Below are positions 38,615-47,594 of a DNA stretch of 64,000 nt, in pieces. Position numbers and translations under genes: made by a program. Numbering within the stretch: position 1 is the stretch's first letter; the number at the start of each line of letters is the position of its first letter. Origin of the DNA: Marispirochaeta sp. (GTDB taxonomy: Bacteria; Spirochaetota; Spirochaetia; JC444; Marispirochaetaceae); contig CAXXFF010000002.1 of the NCBI GenBank assembly GCA_963676835.2, positions 1,696,001-1,760,000 on the forward strand. The letters are read 5' to 3'. The notes beneath the pieces were generated by a model, which made no database searches, was not told the origin of the DNA, and saw only the letters and a program-made list of their open reading frames with translations.

Positions 38615-38921
38615 GGTGAATACTCCTTATGTAAAGCTCTGAAAACTTTTTTAAGCCTTCTTTTCGTCAAACGCTGTTTTCAGAGGTTCCCTCTTGCAAG
38701 GTAATGACGACTATATCAGAAGGGGGCGCCTTAACCAAGGGAGGTGAGGGGGCTTAGGGGGCTTAGGGGGATGATAAGGATATATAAGGATATGAAATGA
38801 AAGGTTAAAGATATAAGACCAGGTGAAAACAGGGTGGACGCCGGTCCCGGTAGATACCGGGGGGCAAGTCAGCTTTTTGTTAAAAAAAGGGAGTTTTTTT
38901 ACCTGAAAAGGGGAAGGCTGC

Positions 38922-39125
38922 GTGGTACAATCTCAAGTAGAAGGAAGGAAACAGATGCGGGACTATCCCTTACCAGATCACGGGCTGTATTTAGATAAAG
39001 AGCTTCATGCACATTCGGGCTTTGCAGATGAGTATGAGCAGGAAATACCTGAAGCTGTAGATGAGCCTGCCGCAGATAATCTTTCCCGCAGACTTGAGCA
39101 GTGGCTCGGTCTTATGAACCGCTGA
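38922..39125 (+). CDS. Small hypothetical protein (start may be ATG 38955)
   Basis: Acidic 56-67 aa ORF with purine-rich SD-like sequence before both candidate starts. Confidence 0.5.
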   Translation: MVQSQVEGRKQMRDYPLPDHGLYLDKELHAHSGFADEYEQEIPEAVDEPAADNLSRRLEQWLGLMNR

Positions 39126-39147
39126 GTTTTATTCCCGGTACTATTTG

Positions 39148-39188
39148 TCTTCTCTTATTCTTCTCTTATTCTTCTCTTAGTCTTCTCT
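39148..39188. repeat. 11-bp tandem repeat (~3.7 copies) over the rsmD stop
   Basis: TCTTCTCTTAT x2, TCTTCTCTTAG, TCTTCTCT. Confidence 0.85.
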
Positions 39189-39707
39189 GAAACGGTAGAA
39201 TCCAAGTCTGGACCTGCCGAATACCCGCAAATCAAAGCGCTCCAGGGGCCCGACATTCTCTCCCGGATCATCCTCCACGGGAAAGTGGATCATCAGCAGG
39301 CCGTCGTCTTCAAGCCGATCTGAGGCTTTCTGGACGAAGTCGCTTTTTCCCCCAAGAGGGAAAGGGGGATCAAGGTAGATATAGTCGAACTTTTCTCCTG
39401 GCAGGGCAAGATACCTTTCGGCGCTCATTATGTGCGCCCTGATACTGCTCTCCACTATGGAGATATTTTTCATCAGTACCGGCTTTTTGACCCGGTCTTT
39501 CTCCACCAGTACAACCGGTTCTGCGCCCCGGGAAGCTGCTTCTATTCCAACCACCCCGGAGCCGGAGAAGACATCCAGGAATGATTCACCGGCAATATTT
39601 CCCAGTATGTTGAAAAGGGACTCCCTCATTCTATCCATTGCGGGTCGGATTACCCCTTTGGGGCACTGTATTGTTCTGCCGCGGTAGCGGCCTCCGGTAA
39701 TTCTCAT
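39177..39707 (-). CDS. rsmD: 16S rRNA m2G966 methyltransferase RsmD
   Basis: MRITGG.YRGR.I, RP..DR.RESLFN, LD.FSGSG..GIEA.SRGA, DPPF. Confidence 0.93.
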   Translation of the reverse strand: MRITGGRYRGRTIQCPKGVIRPAMDRMRESLFNILGNIAGESFLDVFSGSGVVGIEAASRGAEPVVLVEKDRVKKPVLMKNISIVESSIRAHIMSAERYLALPGEKFDYIYLDPPFPLGGKSDFVQKASDRLEDDGLLMIHFPVEDDPGENVGPLERFDLRVFGRSRLGFYRFRED

Positions 39708-39717
39708 GGTTTAATCC

Positions 39718-41775
39718 TTAATCTTCTTCGTATGCTGCAGTCCGCTGAATTACCCTGCGGAGCAGGCTGTTTTCCGGCTGCAGCAGCCCCGGGTCTTCTG
39801 CCAGAATCGCTGCAGCTTTGTCGCGGGCTGTTAGCATAATATCCGTATCCCGGACCAGATCGGCAAAGCGGAGCTTGAGGAAGCCCGTCTGTTCTACTCC
39901 GCTGATGTTGCCGGGGCCGCGGATCTTCAAATCTTCCTCTGCCACCAGGAAGCCATCGCTGTGTTCCTTCATTACCTTGAGACGCTGCTTGCCTTCGTCT
40001 GCCAGGTCCGGAGAGTATACCAGAAACATATAGCTCTGGTATCGCCCCCGGCCCACCCGGCCCCGCAGCTGATGCAGAGCGGAAAGGCCGAAGCGTTCCG
40101 CATGCTCCACCACCATACAGGTCGCATTGGGAACATCAACTCCCACCTCAACCACGCTGGTTGAGACCAGAATCTGTATGGCCCCGGCAGAGAAGTCGTG
40201 CATGGTCTCTATTTTCTGTTCCTCCCGCAGCCGTGAGTGGATCAGTCCTATGCTGCAGCCGGGAAAGCGTTTTCTGAGAGCTTCATACATGCCTTCGGCA
40301 TCCTTCAGATCCAGTTTGCTGCTTTCCTGAATTAGGGGATAGACGCAGTAGGCCTGACGCCCGGCTTCCACCTCCTTTTCCAGCCAGTGGTATACCTTCT
40401 CTTCTTTTCCCATGGCGGCAAGGTGGGTAATTACCGGTTTCCTTCCCGGGGGCATGGTATGAATCCGGGAGACTGCGAGGTCGCCGAATACAGTCATGGC
40501 CAGGGTTCTGGGAATAGGCGTGGCGGTCATTACGAGCATATCCGGCTGGTCACCTTTACCGGTCAGTGCCAGACGCTGAAGTACGCCGAAGCGCTGCTGT
40601 TCGTCGATTATTGCCAGCCCCAACTGTCTGAACTCCACCTCTTCTGAGAAGAGTGCATGGGTGCCTATAATAAGATCTATATGGCCGGATTTAAGCTCTT
40701 CCAGGAGCAGTCTGCGGGCATCTCCTGTTACAGATCCCGTAAAGAGAGCCAGCCGTATACCCGCCGGTTCCAGCAGTTTTGCTGCATTTTCCGCATGCTG
40801 CCGGGCAAGCAGCTCCGTGGGGGCCATGAAGGCTGCCTGCTCTCCCGCCTCAATGGTTTCACAGGCGGCCAGAAAGGCTGTGAGGGTTTTTCCTGAACCA
40901 ACATCGCCCTGAATAAGCCGGGCCATGGCTCTGGAAGAGGATAAATCCTGGCGTATATCCTCAAGTACCCCTTCCTGGTCCGGTGTAAGGGAAAAGGGAA
41001 GGTTGTCGATTACTGCAGCTGCAAGTTTTCCGGCGGAAGGCCTTCTTTTGCGGCTGGTATTCCTCTGCGCAAGGCCCCGGCGGGTAATGCCGAGCTGCAG
41101 GAAGAACAGCTCCTCCCAGGCAAGTTTTCTGCGGGCCTCCAGTGCCTCATCCATGGAGGAGGGAAAGTGCAGACTGTTTAACAGCTGTGCTTTCTGCTGC
41201 GGCTCTCCGCCGCTGCAGGAGGGGGGGAGTTCATCCTCTATGGCGGAAGAAAATCTGTTCAGGGCCTGATGCAGGGCGCTGCGTATTGCTTTCTGACTGA
41301 GGTCGGCTGTTGCAGGATAGACCGGCAGCAGGCCGGTGAAATCCTCCGGTATAGTATCTCCGGGGTCGTCGATTGGGGTAAAATCAAAGACTGAAGCCTG
41401 GATCTCACCGAAGCGGTAGGAAAACTGTCCGTACAGCCGAACCCTCCGGCCTTCGGGCAGCTTCTGTTCCAGAAAGTTCCGGCCGAAGCAGTTAAGTGCC
41501 GCTCGGCCGGACTGATCTTCCGCCCATACCTTAAGAGTGCGTTTTCTGCCGAAGCCGAACCAGTCGTGGGCTATTACCGTACATTCTGTATTCACCGTAC
41601 GGCCGGACAGTCCTTCGGCAAAGCTGACCGGGGTAGAGCGGTCTTCATAGCTCCTGGGTGCATGGAGAAGCAGATCTGCAACGGTGCGTATATCCAGCAC
41701 GGCGAATGCTTTTGCTGTTGCAGGTCCGACTCCCTTGAGGTCTGTTACAGGTGTTGTAATTGTGCGGAGAAACAC
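39718..41775 (-). CDS. recG: ATP-dependent DNA helicase RecG (start re-called at GTG 41775)
   Basis: LKGVGP, QGDVGSGKT, MAPTELLA.QH, IIDEQQRFGV, MTATPIPRTLA, ERFGLS.LHQLRGRVGRG. Confidence 0.96.
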   Translation of the reverse strand: MFLRTITTPVTDLKGVGPATAKAFAVLDIRTVADLLLHAPRSYEDRSTPVSFAEGLSGRTVNTECTVIAHDWFGFGRKRTLKVWAEDQSGRAALNCFGRNFLEQKLPEGRRVRLYGQFSYRFGEIQASVFDFTPIDDPGDTIPEDFTGLLPVYPATADLSQKAIRSALHQALNRFSSAIEDELPPSCSGGEPQQKAQLLNSLHFPSSMDEALEARRKLAWEELFFLQLGITRRGLAQRNTSRKRRPSAGKLAAAVIDNLPFSLTPDQEGVLEDIRQDLSSSRAMARLIQGDVGSGKTLTAFLAACETIEAGEQAAFMAPTELLARQHAENAAKLLEPAGIRLALFTGSVTGDARRLLLEELKSGHIDLIIGTHALFSEEVEFRQLGLAIIDEQQRFGVLQRLALTGKGDQPDMLVMTATPIPRTLAMTVFGDLAVSRIHTMPPGRKPVITHLAAMGKEEKVYHWLEKEVEAGRQAYCVYPLIQESSKLDLKDAEGMYEALRKRFPGCSIGLIHSRLREEQKIETMHDFSAGAIQILVSTSVVEVGVDVPNATCMVVEHAERFGLSALHQLRGRVGRGRYQSYMFLVYSPDLADEGKQRLKVMKEHSDGFLVAEEDLKIRGPGNISGVEQTGFLKLRFADLVRDTDIMLTARDKAAAILAEDPGLLQPENSLLRRVIQRTAAYEED

Positions 41776-41786
41776 TCCTCTCTGAA

Positions 41787-42374
41787 TTAGAAAGGCAGCC
41801 TTGCCAGCATGGTCTGCACCTGAATAAATAACAGATTGCCCATTAGCCGCAATAGAAGCAGTACAGCTGCGCTGAGAGCAAGACTTGTCTGGTAGGTTAC
41901 CGATCGTCCCCGAAGAATAAGGCCGGAGATCTTTCTCAGAACCGGTGCGAGAAGAATATCGAGGGTCTGGATAAAAGGCGAGACGGTGCTGGTTCGCAAA
42001 AACAGCGTTATCAGCCGGATAATTGACAGTATGAAAAAGAAGGTTAGAATCCAGCCAACCGCGTTCCACAGAGCTGCAACAATTATTGCAAGAACTATCC
42101 CCAGGGAGATGTTTCCGGTTCTGGCGATCATGCTGGCAATATTCATAACCACCACCAGCACCATAAGTGCCGCCAGGGGAGAAAAGTCCATGGAGCTCAT
42201 TCTCAAGAAGGAGAAGCGCCGGAACCAGTTCAGGTAGGGATCTGTTATGGAGCAGAGCATCTGATATGCTCTGCCGTAGCTTACTCCCTGGAACCAGGTC
42301 ATGAGAACCCGGATAAAAATGAGTATCATGTACACCGACAGCACACCGCTGACGAACTGCATTACCTGCTGCAT
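41787..42374 (-). CDS. YggT family membrane protein
   Basis: Y..LIFIR....W, L..ITDPYL..FRR, DFSP. Confidence 0.85.
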   Translation of the reverse strand: MQQVMQFVSGVLSVYMILIFIRVLMTWFQGVSYGRAYQMLCSITDPYLNWFRRFSFLRMSSMDFSPLAALMVLVVVMNIASMIARTGNISLGIVLAIIVAALWNAVGWILTFFFILSIIRLITLFLRTSTVSPFIQTLDILLAPVLRKISGLILRGRSVTYQTSLALSAAVLLLLRLMGNLLFIQVQTMLARLPF

Positions 42375-42428
42375 GGTAGCCTCCGTCTATACAGTGTACC
42401 GAAAGATCTTCCCGTTGAGAAGGGAAAC

Positions 42429-45400
42429 TTACTCTTTCCAGACCTCTTCTATTAATGGATGGGAGCCGATTTCGGGAATAACCTCGGGACTTGTGGTCAG
42501 CTGGGCATTTGCCCGGATAATTATCTCCCTGTTGGTATTGTCATTCTTGAGGTGGAGGAAGACTGCGCAGTCGCCCCGGTACTCAATGAGGGTGGAGCGG
42601 AAATCGTAGAGAAGGTTCTCGTCCTTTGCATCCCGGGATATACGGATGTGAATCTCCGAGGTGGATGCCTCTTTCAACTCTTCCGGATTGATTATCCTGT
42701 CCACCAGGAATTTGGGGTCTTCCTTTGCCCGGTCAACCTTGCCTTCAATTCCCAGGACGGCGTCGACTTCAACCAGATCCCGCACCTGGGCCCAGGTTTT
42801 GGGGAAAAATATCAGCTCCATGGTACCGTTGAAGTCTTCGTACACCACAAAGGCCATCTGGTCGCCTTTCTTGGTGATGATGGTTCTTAAGGACTTGATT
42901 ATTCCCAGCAGGGTATAGGTTTTCTCTGTTGAGGCGTTTTCCGCTCTGGTCACATCCAGGTTAACGCACTTTTTAAACACCTCTTTGTGCTTGTCCAGAG
43001 GATGGCCGGAGAAGTAGTTTCCCAGGTTCTCTTTTTCCATCCGCAAGAGTTCCATAACCTCAAATTCTTCCTGGGGTTCGAACTCAAACTGCGATATGGC
43101 GGTCTCTTCGGCGGGATCGAAAAGGGATGTCTGGCCGAACTCCCGGCTCTCTTTCATGCGGACCGTCCATTCCAGCACCTGCTCCAGGTTGCTCAGAAGG
43201 GTGGCGCGGTTAAGGCCGAAGCGGTCGAAGAGTCCAGCCTGAATAAGGGTTTCTATAACCCTTCGGTTTACGGTCTTCAGGTCTATGCGGTCGAGAAAGT
43301 CAAGAAAGGACTCATAGGGTCCTTCCTCTTCCCGTACACGGATAATCTCCTCCACCGCGGAGGAGCCGACATTCTTGATTCCCTGGAGACCGTAGAAGAT
43401 CTTTCCGTCTACAACATTGAAGGTCTGAACCGACATGTTGATATCCGGGGGCAGAATTTCAATGCCCATCTCTTTGGTTGCAGTGAGGTAGTCGGAGAAA
43501 GCGTCGGGGCTGTTTATCTCATTGGTGAGGTTGGCAGCCATAAACTCCGCTGGATAGTTGGCTTTCAGGTAAGCCGTTTTATATGCCACCACCGAATAAG
43601 CCGCAGCATGGGATTTGTTGAATCCGTATCCGGCGAAGGGCTTCAGCATTTCGAAGATATCATCGGCGAGTTTCTTGTCGTAGCCTTTCCGGACTGCCCC
43701 TTCAAGGAACTCGACCTTCATCTTCTCCATCTCTTTTTCTTTTTTCTTACCCATGGCCCGGCGGAGAATATCCGCTTTACCCAGGGAGAAGCCGCCGATT
43801 ATCTGGGCAACCTGCATTACCTGTTCCTGGTAGACAATTACCCCGTAGGTGGGCTCCAGAATCTCCTGCAGGTCCGTATGGGGGTACTTGATGGGGGACC
43901 TGCCCATTTTCGAGTCGATATACTGGGGAATAAACTGCATCGGGCCCGGACGGTAGAGGGCGTTCAATGCTATCAGTTCTTCTATGGTGGTTGGCTTAGC
44001 CTGTTTGAGAATCCCCTGCATTCCGGAGCTTTCAAACTGGAATACGGCGGTACTCTTTCCCTCTCCCAGCATCTTGAAAGTGGCTTCATCGTGCTCGGAT
44101 ACCGTTTCTATATCAAAGTCCGGGTCGACCTTGTGGATCAGCTTTTCCGTGTTCTTTATAAGGGTAAGGGTCTTGAGGCCCAGAAAGTCCATCTTTACCA
44201 GACCGCACTCTTCCAGCTGGTCCATGGTGAACTCGGTGGAAATCTGTCCGGTCTTGGAGTCCTTGTAAAGGGGAACGTAATCGGTGAGCTTGCTGCGTCC
44301 GATAACCATTCCGCAGGCATGGGTGGAGGAGTGGCGGTTCATCCCCTCCAGAACCAGGGCTGTATCAATAAGTCTCCGGTAGGTTCCGCCTTTTTCCCGG
44401 TACTCTTTAAGCCGGGGCTCCATATCCAGAGCCTTTTCGAGGTTGATCTTGGGCCCGTCGGGTACAAGTTTGCTTATTTCATTGGACTCATTAAAAGGAA
44501 TATCCAGAACCCGGGCAACATCCTTGAGCACCGCTTTTGTTTTGAGGGTTCCGAAGGTACAGATGGCTCCGACTTTTTCGGCTCCGTACTTGGCGGTTAC
44601 ATAGTCGATAACTTCATTGCGCCGTTCGAAGCAGAAGTCCACGTCGAAGTCGGGCATGGAGACACGCTCGGGGTTGAGGAAACGCTCAAAGAGCAGGCTG
44701 TACTTCAGGGGGTCTATGTCGGTTATGCGCATGGCATATGCGACAATACTGCCCGCTCCGGACCCGCGTCCGGGGCCTACGGGGATGCCGTTTTCCCTTG
44801 CGAAGTGTATAAAGTCCCAGACAATGAGAAAGTAACCGGTAAATCCCATACCCTGGATAATATCCAGTTCGAATTCAGTTCGGGCGCGGATCTCCTCGTT
44901 TACTTCTGGGTAGAGTTTTTCCAGCCCTTCATAGACCAGATGGCGCATGTAGGCATCCGGATTCTCAAACCCTTCGGGTATGTCATAGTCCGGCAGCAGG
45001 GGACCCGGGAGGGGGATTTCCAGATTGCACATTTCTGCGATTTTTACGGTGTTGGAGATTGCCTCCGGTGTATCTTTAAAGATCTCCGCCATCTCTTCGC
45101 CGCTTTTGAAGTAGAACTCCTGACTGTCGAAGCGCATCCGTTTTTCGTCCGCCGCTTTTTTGCCGGTGCCGATGCAGATGAGGATATCCTGGGCTTCAGC
45201 GTGGTCCCGCTCAAGGTAGTGGATGTCGTTGGTGGCTATCAGGGGAATTCCCGTCTCTCTGCTCAGCTCTATGAGCATGGGGTTTACCTGTTTCTGCTCA
45301 GGGATTCCATGATCCTGCAGCTCCAGGTAGAAATGGTCCTTCCCGAAGAGATTGTTGTAGTATTCTGCCGCTTTTCTGGCATCATCCCGCTGTCCGTTCA

Positions 45401-45845
45401 AAAGATGACTGGGGATCTCTCCTGCAAGACAGGCCGAACTGCAGATGAGTCCTTCCGCATGCTTTTCAAGCAGCTCGTTGTCTATCCTTGGCTTGTAGTA
45501 AAAGCCGTCGAGATATCCCTGGGAAACCAGGACCAGCAGGTTCTGGTAGCCTGTCTGGTTTTTTGCCAGAAGTACCAGGTGATGGTATTTATTCTGTGTC
45601 TCGGCGCCGCTTTTAACCAGTCGTGATTTCGGTGCAATGTAAAACTCGCAGCCGATTATAGGATTGATATTCTTTGCTTTGCAGGCTTTATAGAAGCGCA
45701 GCACGCCGAACATGTTCCCATGGTCCGTAAGGGCCAGGTGCTTCATGCCGAAGCTTTCAGCTTTTGCTACCAGTTTGTTTATACTTGCCGCTCCGTCCAG
45801 GAGCGAATAGTCGGAATGGTTGTGGAGATGGACAAATTCCGGCAT
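42429..45845 (-). CDS. dnaE: DNA polymerase III alpha subunit
   Basis: FVHLH.HS.YSLLDGA, GPGRGSGAGS, ERVSMPDFDVDF, KMDFLGL, YGFNKSHAAAY. Confidence 0.98.
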   Translation of the reverse strand: MPEFVHLHNHSDYSLLDGAASINKLVAKAESFGMKHLALTDHGNMFGVLRFYKACKAKNINPIIGCEFYIAPKSRLVKSGAETQNKYHHLVLLAKNQTGYQNLLVLVSQGYLDGFYYKPRIDNELLEKHAEGLICSSACLAGEIPSHLLNGQRDDARKAAEYYNNLFGKDHFYLELQDHGIPEQKQVNPMLIELSRETGIPLIATNDIHYLERDHAEAQDILICIGTGKKAADEKRMRFDSQEFYFKSGEEMAEIFKDTPEAISNTVKIAEMCNLEIPLPGPLLPDYDIPEGFENPDAYMRHLVYEGLEKLYPEVNEEIRARTEFELDIIQGMGFTGYFLIVWDFIHFARENGIPVGPGRGSGAGSIVAYAMRITDIDPLKYSLLFERFLNPERVSMPDFDVDFCFERRNEVIDYVTAKYGAEKVGAICTFGTLKTKAVLKDVARVLDIPFNESNEISKLVPDGPKINLEKALDMEPRLKEYREKGGTYRRLIDTALVLEGMNRHSSTHACGMVIGRSKLTDYVPLYKDSKTGQISTEFTMDQLEECGLVKMDFLGLKTLTLIKNTEKLIHKVDPDFDIETVSEHDEATFKMLGEGKSTAVFQFESSGMQGILKQAKPTTIEELIALNALYRPGPMQFIPQYIDSKMGRSPIKYPHTDLQEILEPTYGVIVYQEQVMQVAQIIGGFSLGKADILRRAMGKKKEKEMEKMKVEFLEGAVRKGYDKKLADDIFEMLKPFAGYGFNKSHAAAYSVVAYKTAYLKANYPAEFMAANLTNEINSPDAFSDYLTATKEMGIEILPPDINMSVQTFNVVDGKIFYGLQGIKNVGSSAVEEIIRVREEEGPYESFLDFLDRIDLKTVNRRVIETLIQAGLFDRFGLNRATLLSNLEQVLEWTVRMKESREFGQTSLFDPAEETAISQFEFEPQEEFEVMELLRMEKENLGNYFSGHPLDKHKEVFKKCVNLDVTRAENASTEKTYTLLGIIKSLRTIITKKGDQMAFVVYEDFNGTMELIFFPKTWAQVRDLVEVDAVLGIEGKVDRAKEDPKFLVDRIINPEELKEASTSEIHIRISRDAKDENLLYDFRSTLIEYRGDCAVFLHLKNDNTNREIIIRANAQLTTSPEVIPEIGSHPLIEEVWKE

Positions 45846-46012
45846 AGTTCCCCTCTCGTTTCAGTAACTATACCGCTACTGATGGGGTGGTGTAAAGCTG
45901 ATTCACCGTATACCGGCGCAATATCTGCGGTTATTTTTCATCGAATTTCCCGGCAGTCCCAAAGCTGTTTTCCAATTAGACTTTTTTCGTTTAAAAGTGC
46001 ATACTATTAGCA

Positions 46013-46288
46013 ATGGTTGAAGCAGAAGCCACAGTACAAAACTTTGCCGGAATTCACGTCCGGCCATCGGGTGTGATCATTCAGGCCGTTCAGGGCTATG
46101 AAGGCACCATTTCGGTAGAAGCAAAAGGGATGACCACTGACCTTAAGAATGTTATGGGAATGATTGCCATGGGGCTCTGTCAGGGAGATGTGGTCAGGAT
46201 TACCGTTGACGGTCCCGACGAAAAGGAGACCCTCGACAAACTGACCGAGTTATTCAGTCACAACTTTGACTTCCCTCCCCGGGGGTAA
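46013..46288 (+). CDS. ptsH: HPr-family phosphocarrier (His15 present, Ser46 replaced by Asn)
   Basis: N.AGIHVRPS; DLKNVMGMIAMG; G.DE. Confidence 0.85.
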   Translation: MVEAEATVQNFAGIHVRPSGVIIQAVQGYEGTISVEAKGMTTDLKNVMGMIAMGLCQGDVVRITVDGPDEKETLDKLTELFSHNFDFPPRG

Positions 46289-46315
46289 TTCCGGGGAGCA
46301 TCACGGGAGGCTCGT

Positions 46316-46825
46316 ATGGGCGAAAGCCGCCATGTACTGCTGAACAGGGGTGCAGACCTGCTTTCTCTGGGGAATGCAGAGGAGGCGGAGCGCTGTTTCT
46401 CCCGGATCCTTGAAACTGAACCCGATCACCTTCCCGCTCTATTCAACAGTGCCATAGCTCTGGGAAAACTTGACCGTTTCCGCCATGCGGAAGAACGGAT
46501 GAAGCATTATCTTCAGTTCAAGCCGGATGACGGAGAAGCCTGGAATCAGCTTGGATATCTCTATTTTTCCTCCGGCAGCTACGGTGAGGCCTCCAAGGCC
46601 TACACCCGGGCAGAGGAGCTTGATCCGGAGAATGCAACCCTGCAGAACAATATCGGTGCCCTGCAGTTTGTTCAGGGACGGCCGGAACAGGCACTCTCAA
46701 GGTTTGAGAAAGCCCTTGAAATTGATAACACCCATAAAGATGCGCTGTTTAATATAGCCGATACTCTGGATGTTCTGGGACGGGGTGATGAAGCTAAAAA
46801 ATTTCGACGCAGATTAAAGGGATGA
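46316..46825 (+). CDS. TPR protein
   Basis: Four TPR motifs; RBS GGGAGG. Confidence 0.82.
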   Translation: MGESRHVLLNRGADLLSLGNAEEAERCFSRILETEPDHLPALFNSAIALGKLDRFRHAEERMKHYLQFKPDDGEAWNQLGYLYFSSGSYGEASKAYTRAEELDPENATLQNNIGALQFVQGRPEQALSRFEKALEIDNTHKDALFNIADTLDVLGRGDEAKKFRRRLKG

Positions 46826-46881
46826 TGAAGCAAGAGGCCTGATTTGCGGTTTCCTTAAGTAAAAATTGGTATATTCAGGAG

Positions 46882-47238
46882 ATGGAAATGAGTTCTTTGG
46901 CTGATATTCTTGAGCATGAGCTGGAAGAAGCCTTCGAAGTAAAGGATAAACGGTCTCTGCACCGGTATATTTCCGTATTAACGGAGAACCTGATTCGTCA
47001 TGATCAGAATCAGAAGGAACACCAGGAGTTCCGTGAGGCTATTATCCGGATCGATACCCGTCTGGAAGAGGGCTTTAAGACAATGAACGAGCGGTTTATA
47101 TCCGTAGAAAAAAGATTTGAATCCGTAGACAAGCGTTTTGAGTCTGTGGACAAGCGCTTCGATATGATGTTCCGTTTTATCAGCCTGGGGTTTGTTACCC
47201 TGGCTGCCATGATGTCGTTATATCAGTTTCTGGGGTAG
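46882..47238 (+). CDS. Coiled-coil protein with heptad repeats and C-terminal TM (Bdr/DUF1640-like)
   Basis: RF.SV.K heptads x3 (21-bp repeat, 47092-47160), hydrophobic C-terminus. Confidence 0.7.
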   Translation: MEMSSLADILEHELEEAFEVKDKRSLHRYISVLTENLIRHDQNQKEHQEFREAIIRIDTRLEEGFKTMNERFISVEKRFESVDKRFESVDKRFDMMFRFISLGFVTLAAMMSLYQFLG

Positions 47239-47247
47239 GGTGTGGGG

Positions 47248-47427
47248 TAAAAAAAAGACCGCCTCTTCGAGGCGATCTGTTTTTACCGGCGATCGGACTA
47301 ACTCCGGCCCTTGCGGGCCTCCGCCCCGCGTTTGCTTTGCAAACGCTCGGACTGCGTTCAAGTCCGCCTATTTATAAAAAAAAGACCGCCTCTTCGAGAC
47401 GATCTTTTTTTTACCGGCGATCGGACT
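47248..47427 (-). repeat. Direct repeat of tRNA-Leu 3' end plus terminator flanking a ~75-bp structured insert
   Basis: 47248-47299 nearly identical to 47375-47427. Confidence 0.9.
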
Positions 47428-47495
47428 TGAACCGATACTCCCTTGCGGGAACCAGATTTTGAGTCTAGCGCGTCTACCAATTTCGCCACGCCGGC
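47412..47495 (-). tRNA. tRNA-Leu (anticodon CAA), CCA not encoded
   Basis: GCCGGCG-TGGCGAAATTGGTAGACGCG-CTAGA-CTCAAAA-TCTGG, long variable arm TCCCGCAAGGGA, ATCGG-TTCAAGT-CCGAT, CGCCGGT-A. Confidence 0.97.
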
Positions 47496-47594
47496 GGGTG
47501 TGAAACGTGGAATTGAGAATACTCCGGCCGTAAGTGTCCTGTCAAGGTTGGGCTTTTCCGGCTTCGGGTTTTTGTGTAGTATCCTCGTAAAATC

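Noticed and set aside
38615..38920. His attenuator leader or T-box upstream of hisZ
   Set aside because: No short His-codon-rich ORF and no T-box consensus seen
41776..42069. 98-aa N-terminal extension of RecG in the ORF track
   Set aside because: Overlaps yggT in another frame; RecG similarity begins at GTG 41775
42987..45626. 879-aa ORF on the + strand
   Set aside because: Exact antisense shadow of dnaE with no recognisable motifs; explained by codon bias
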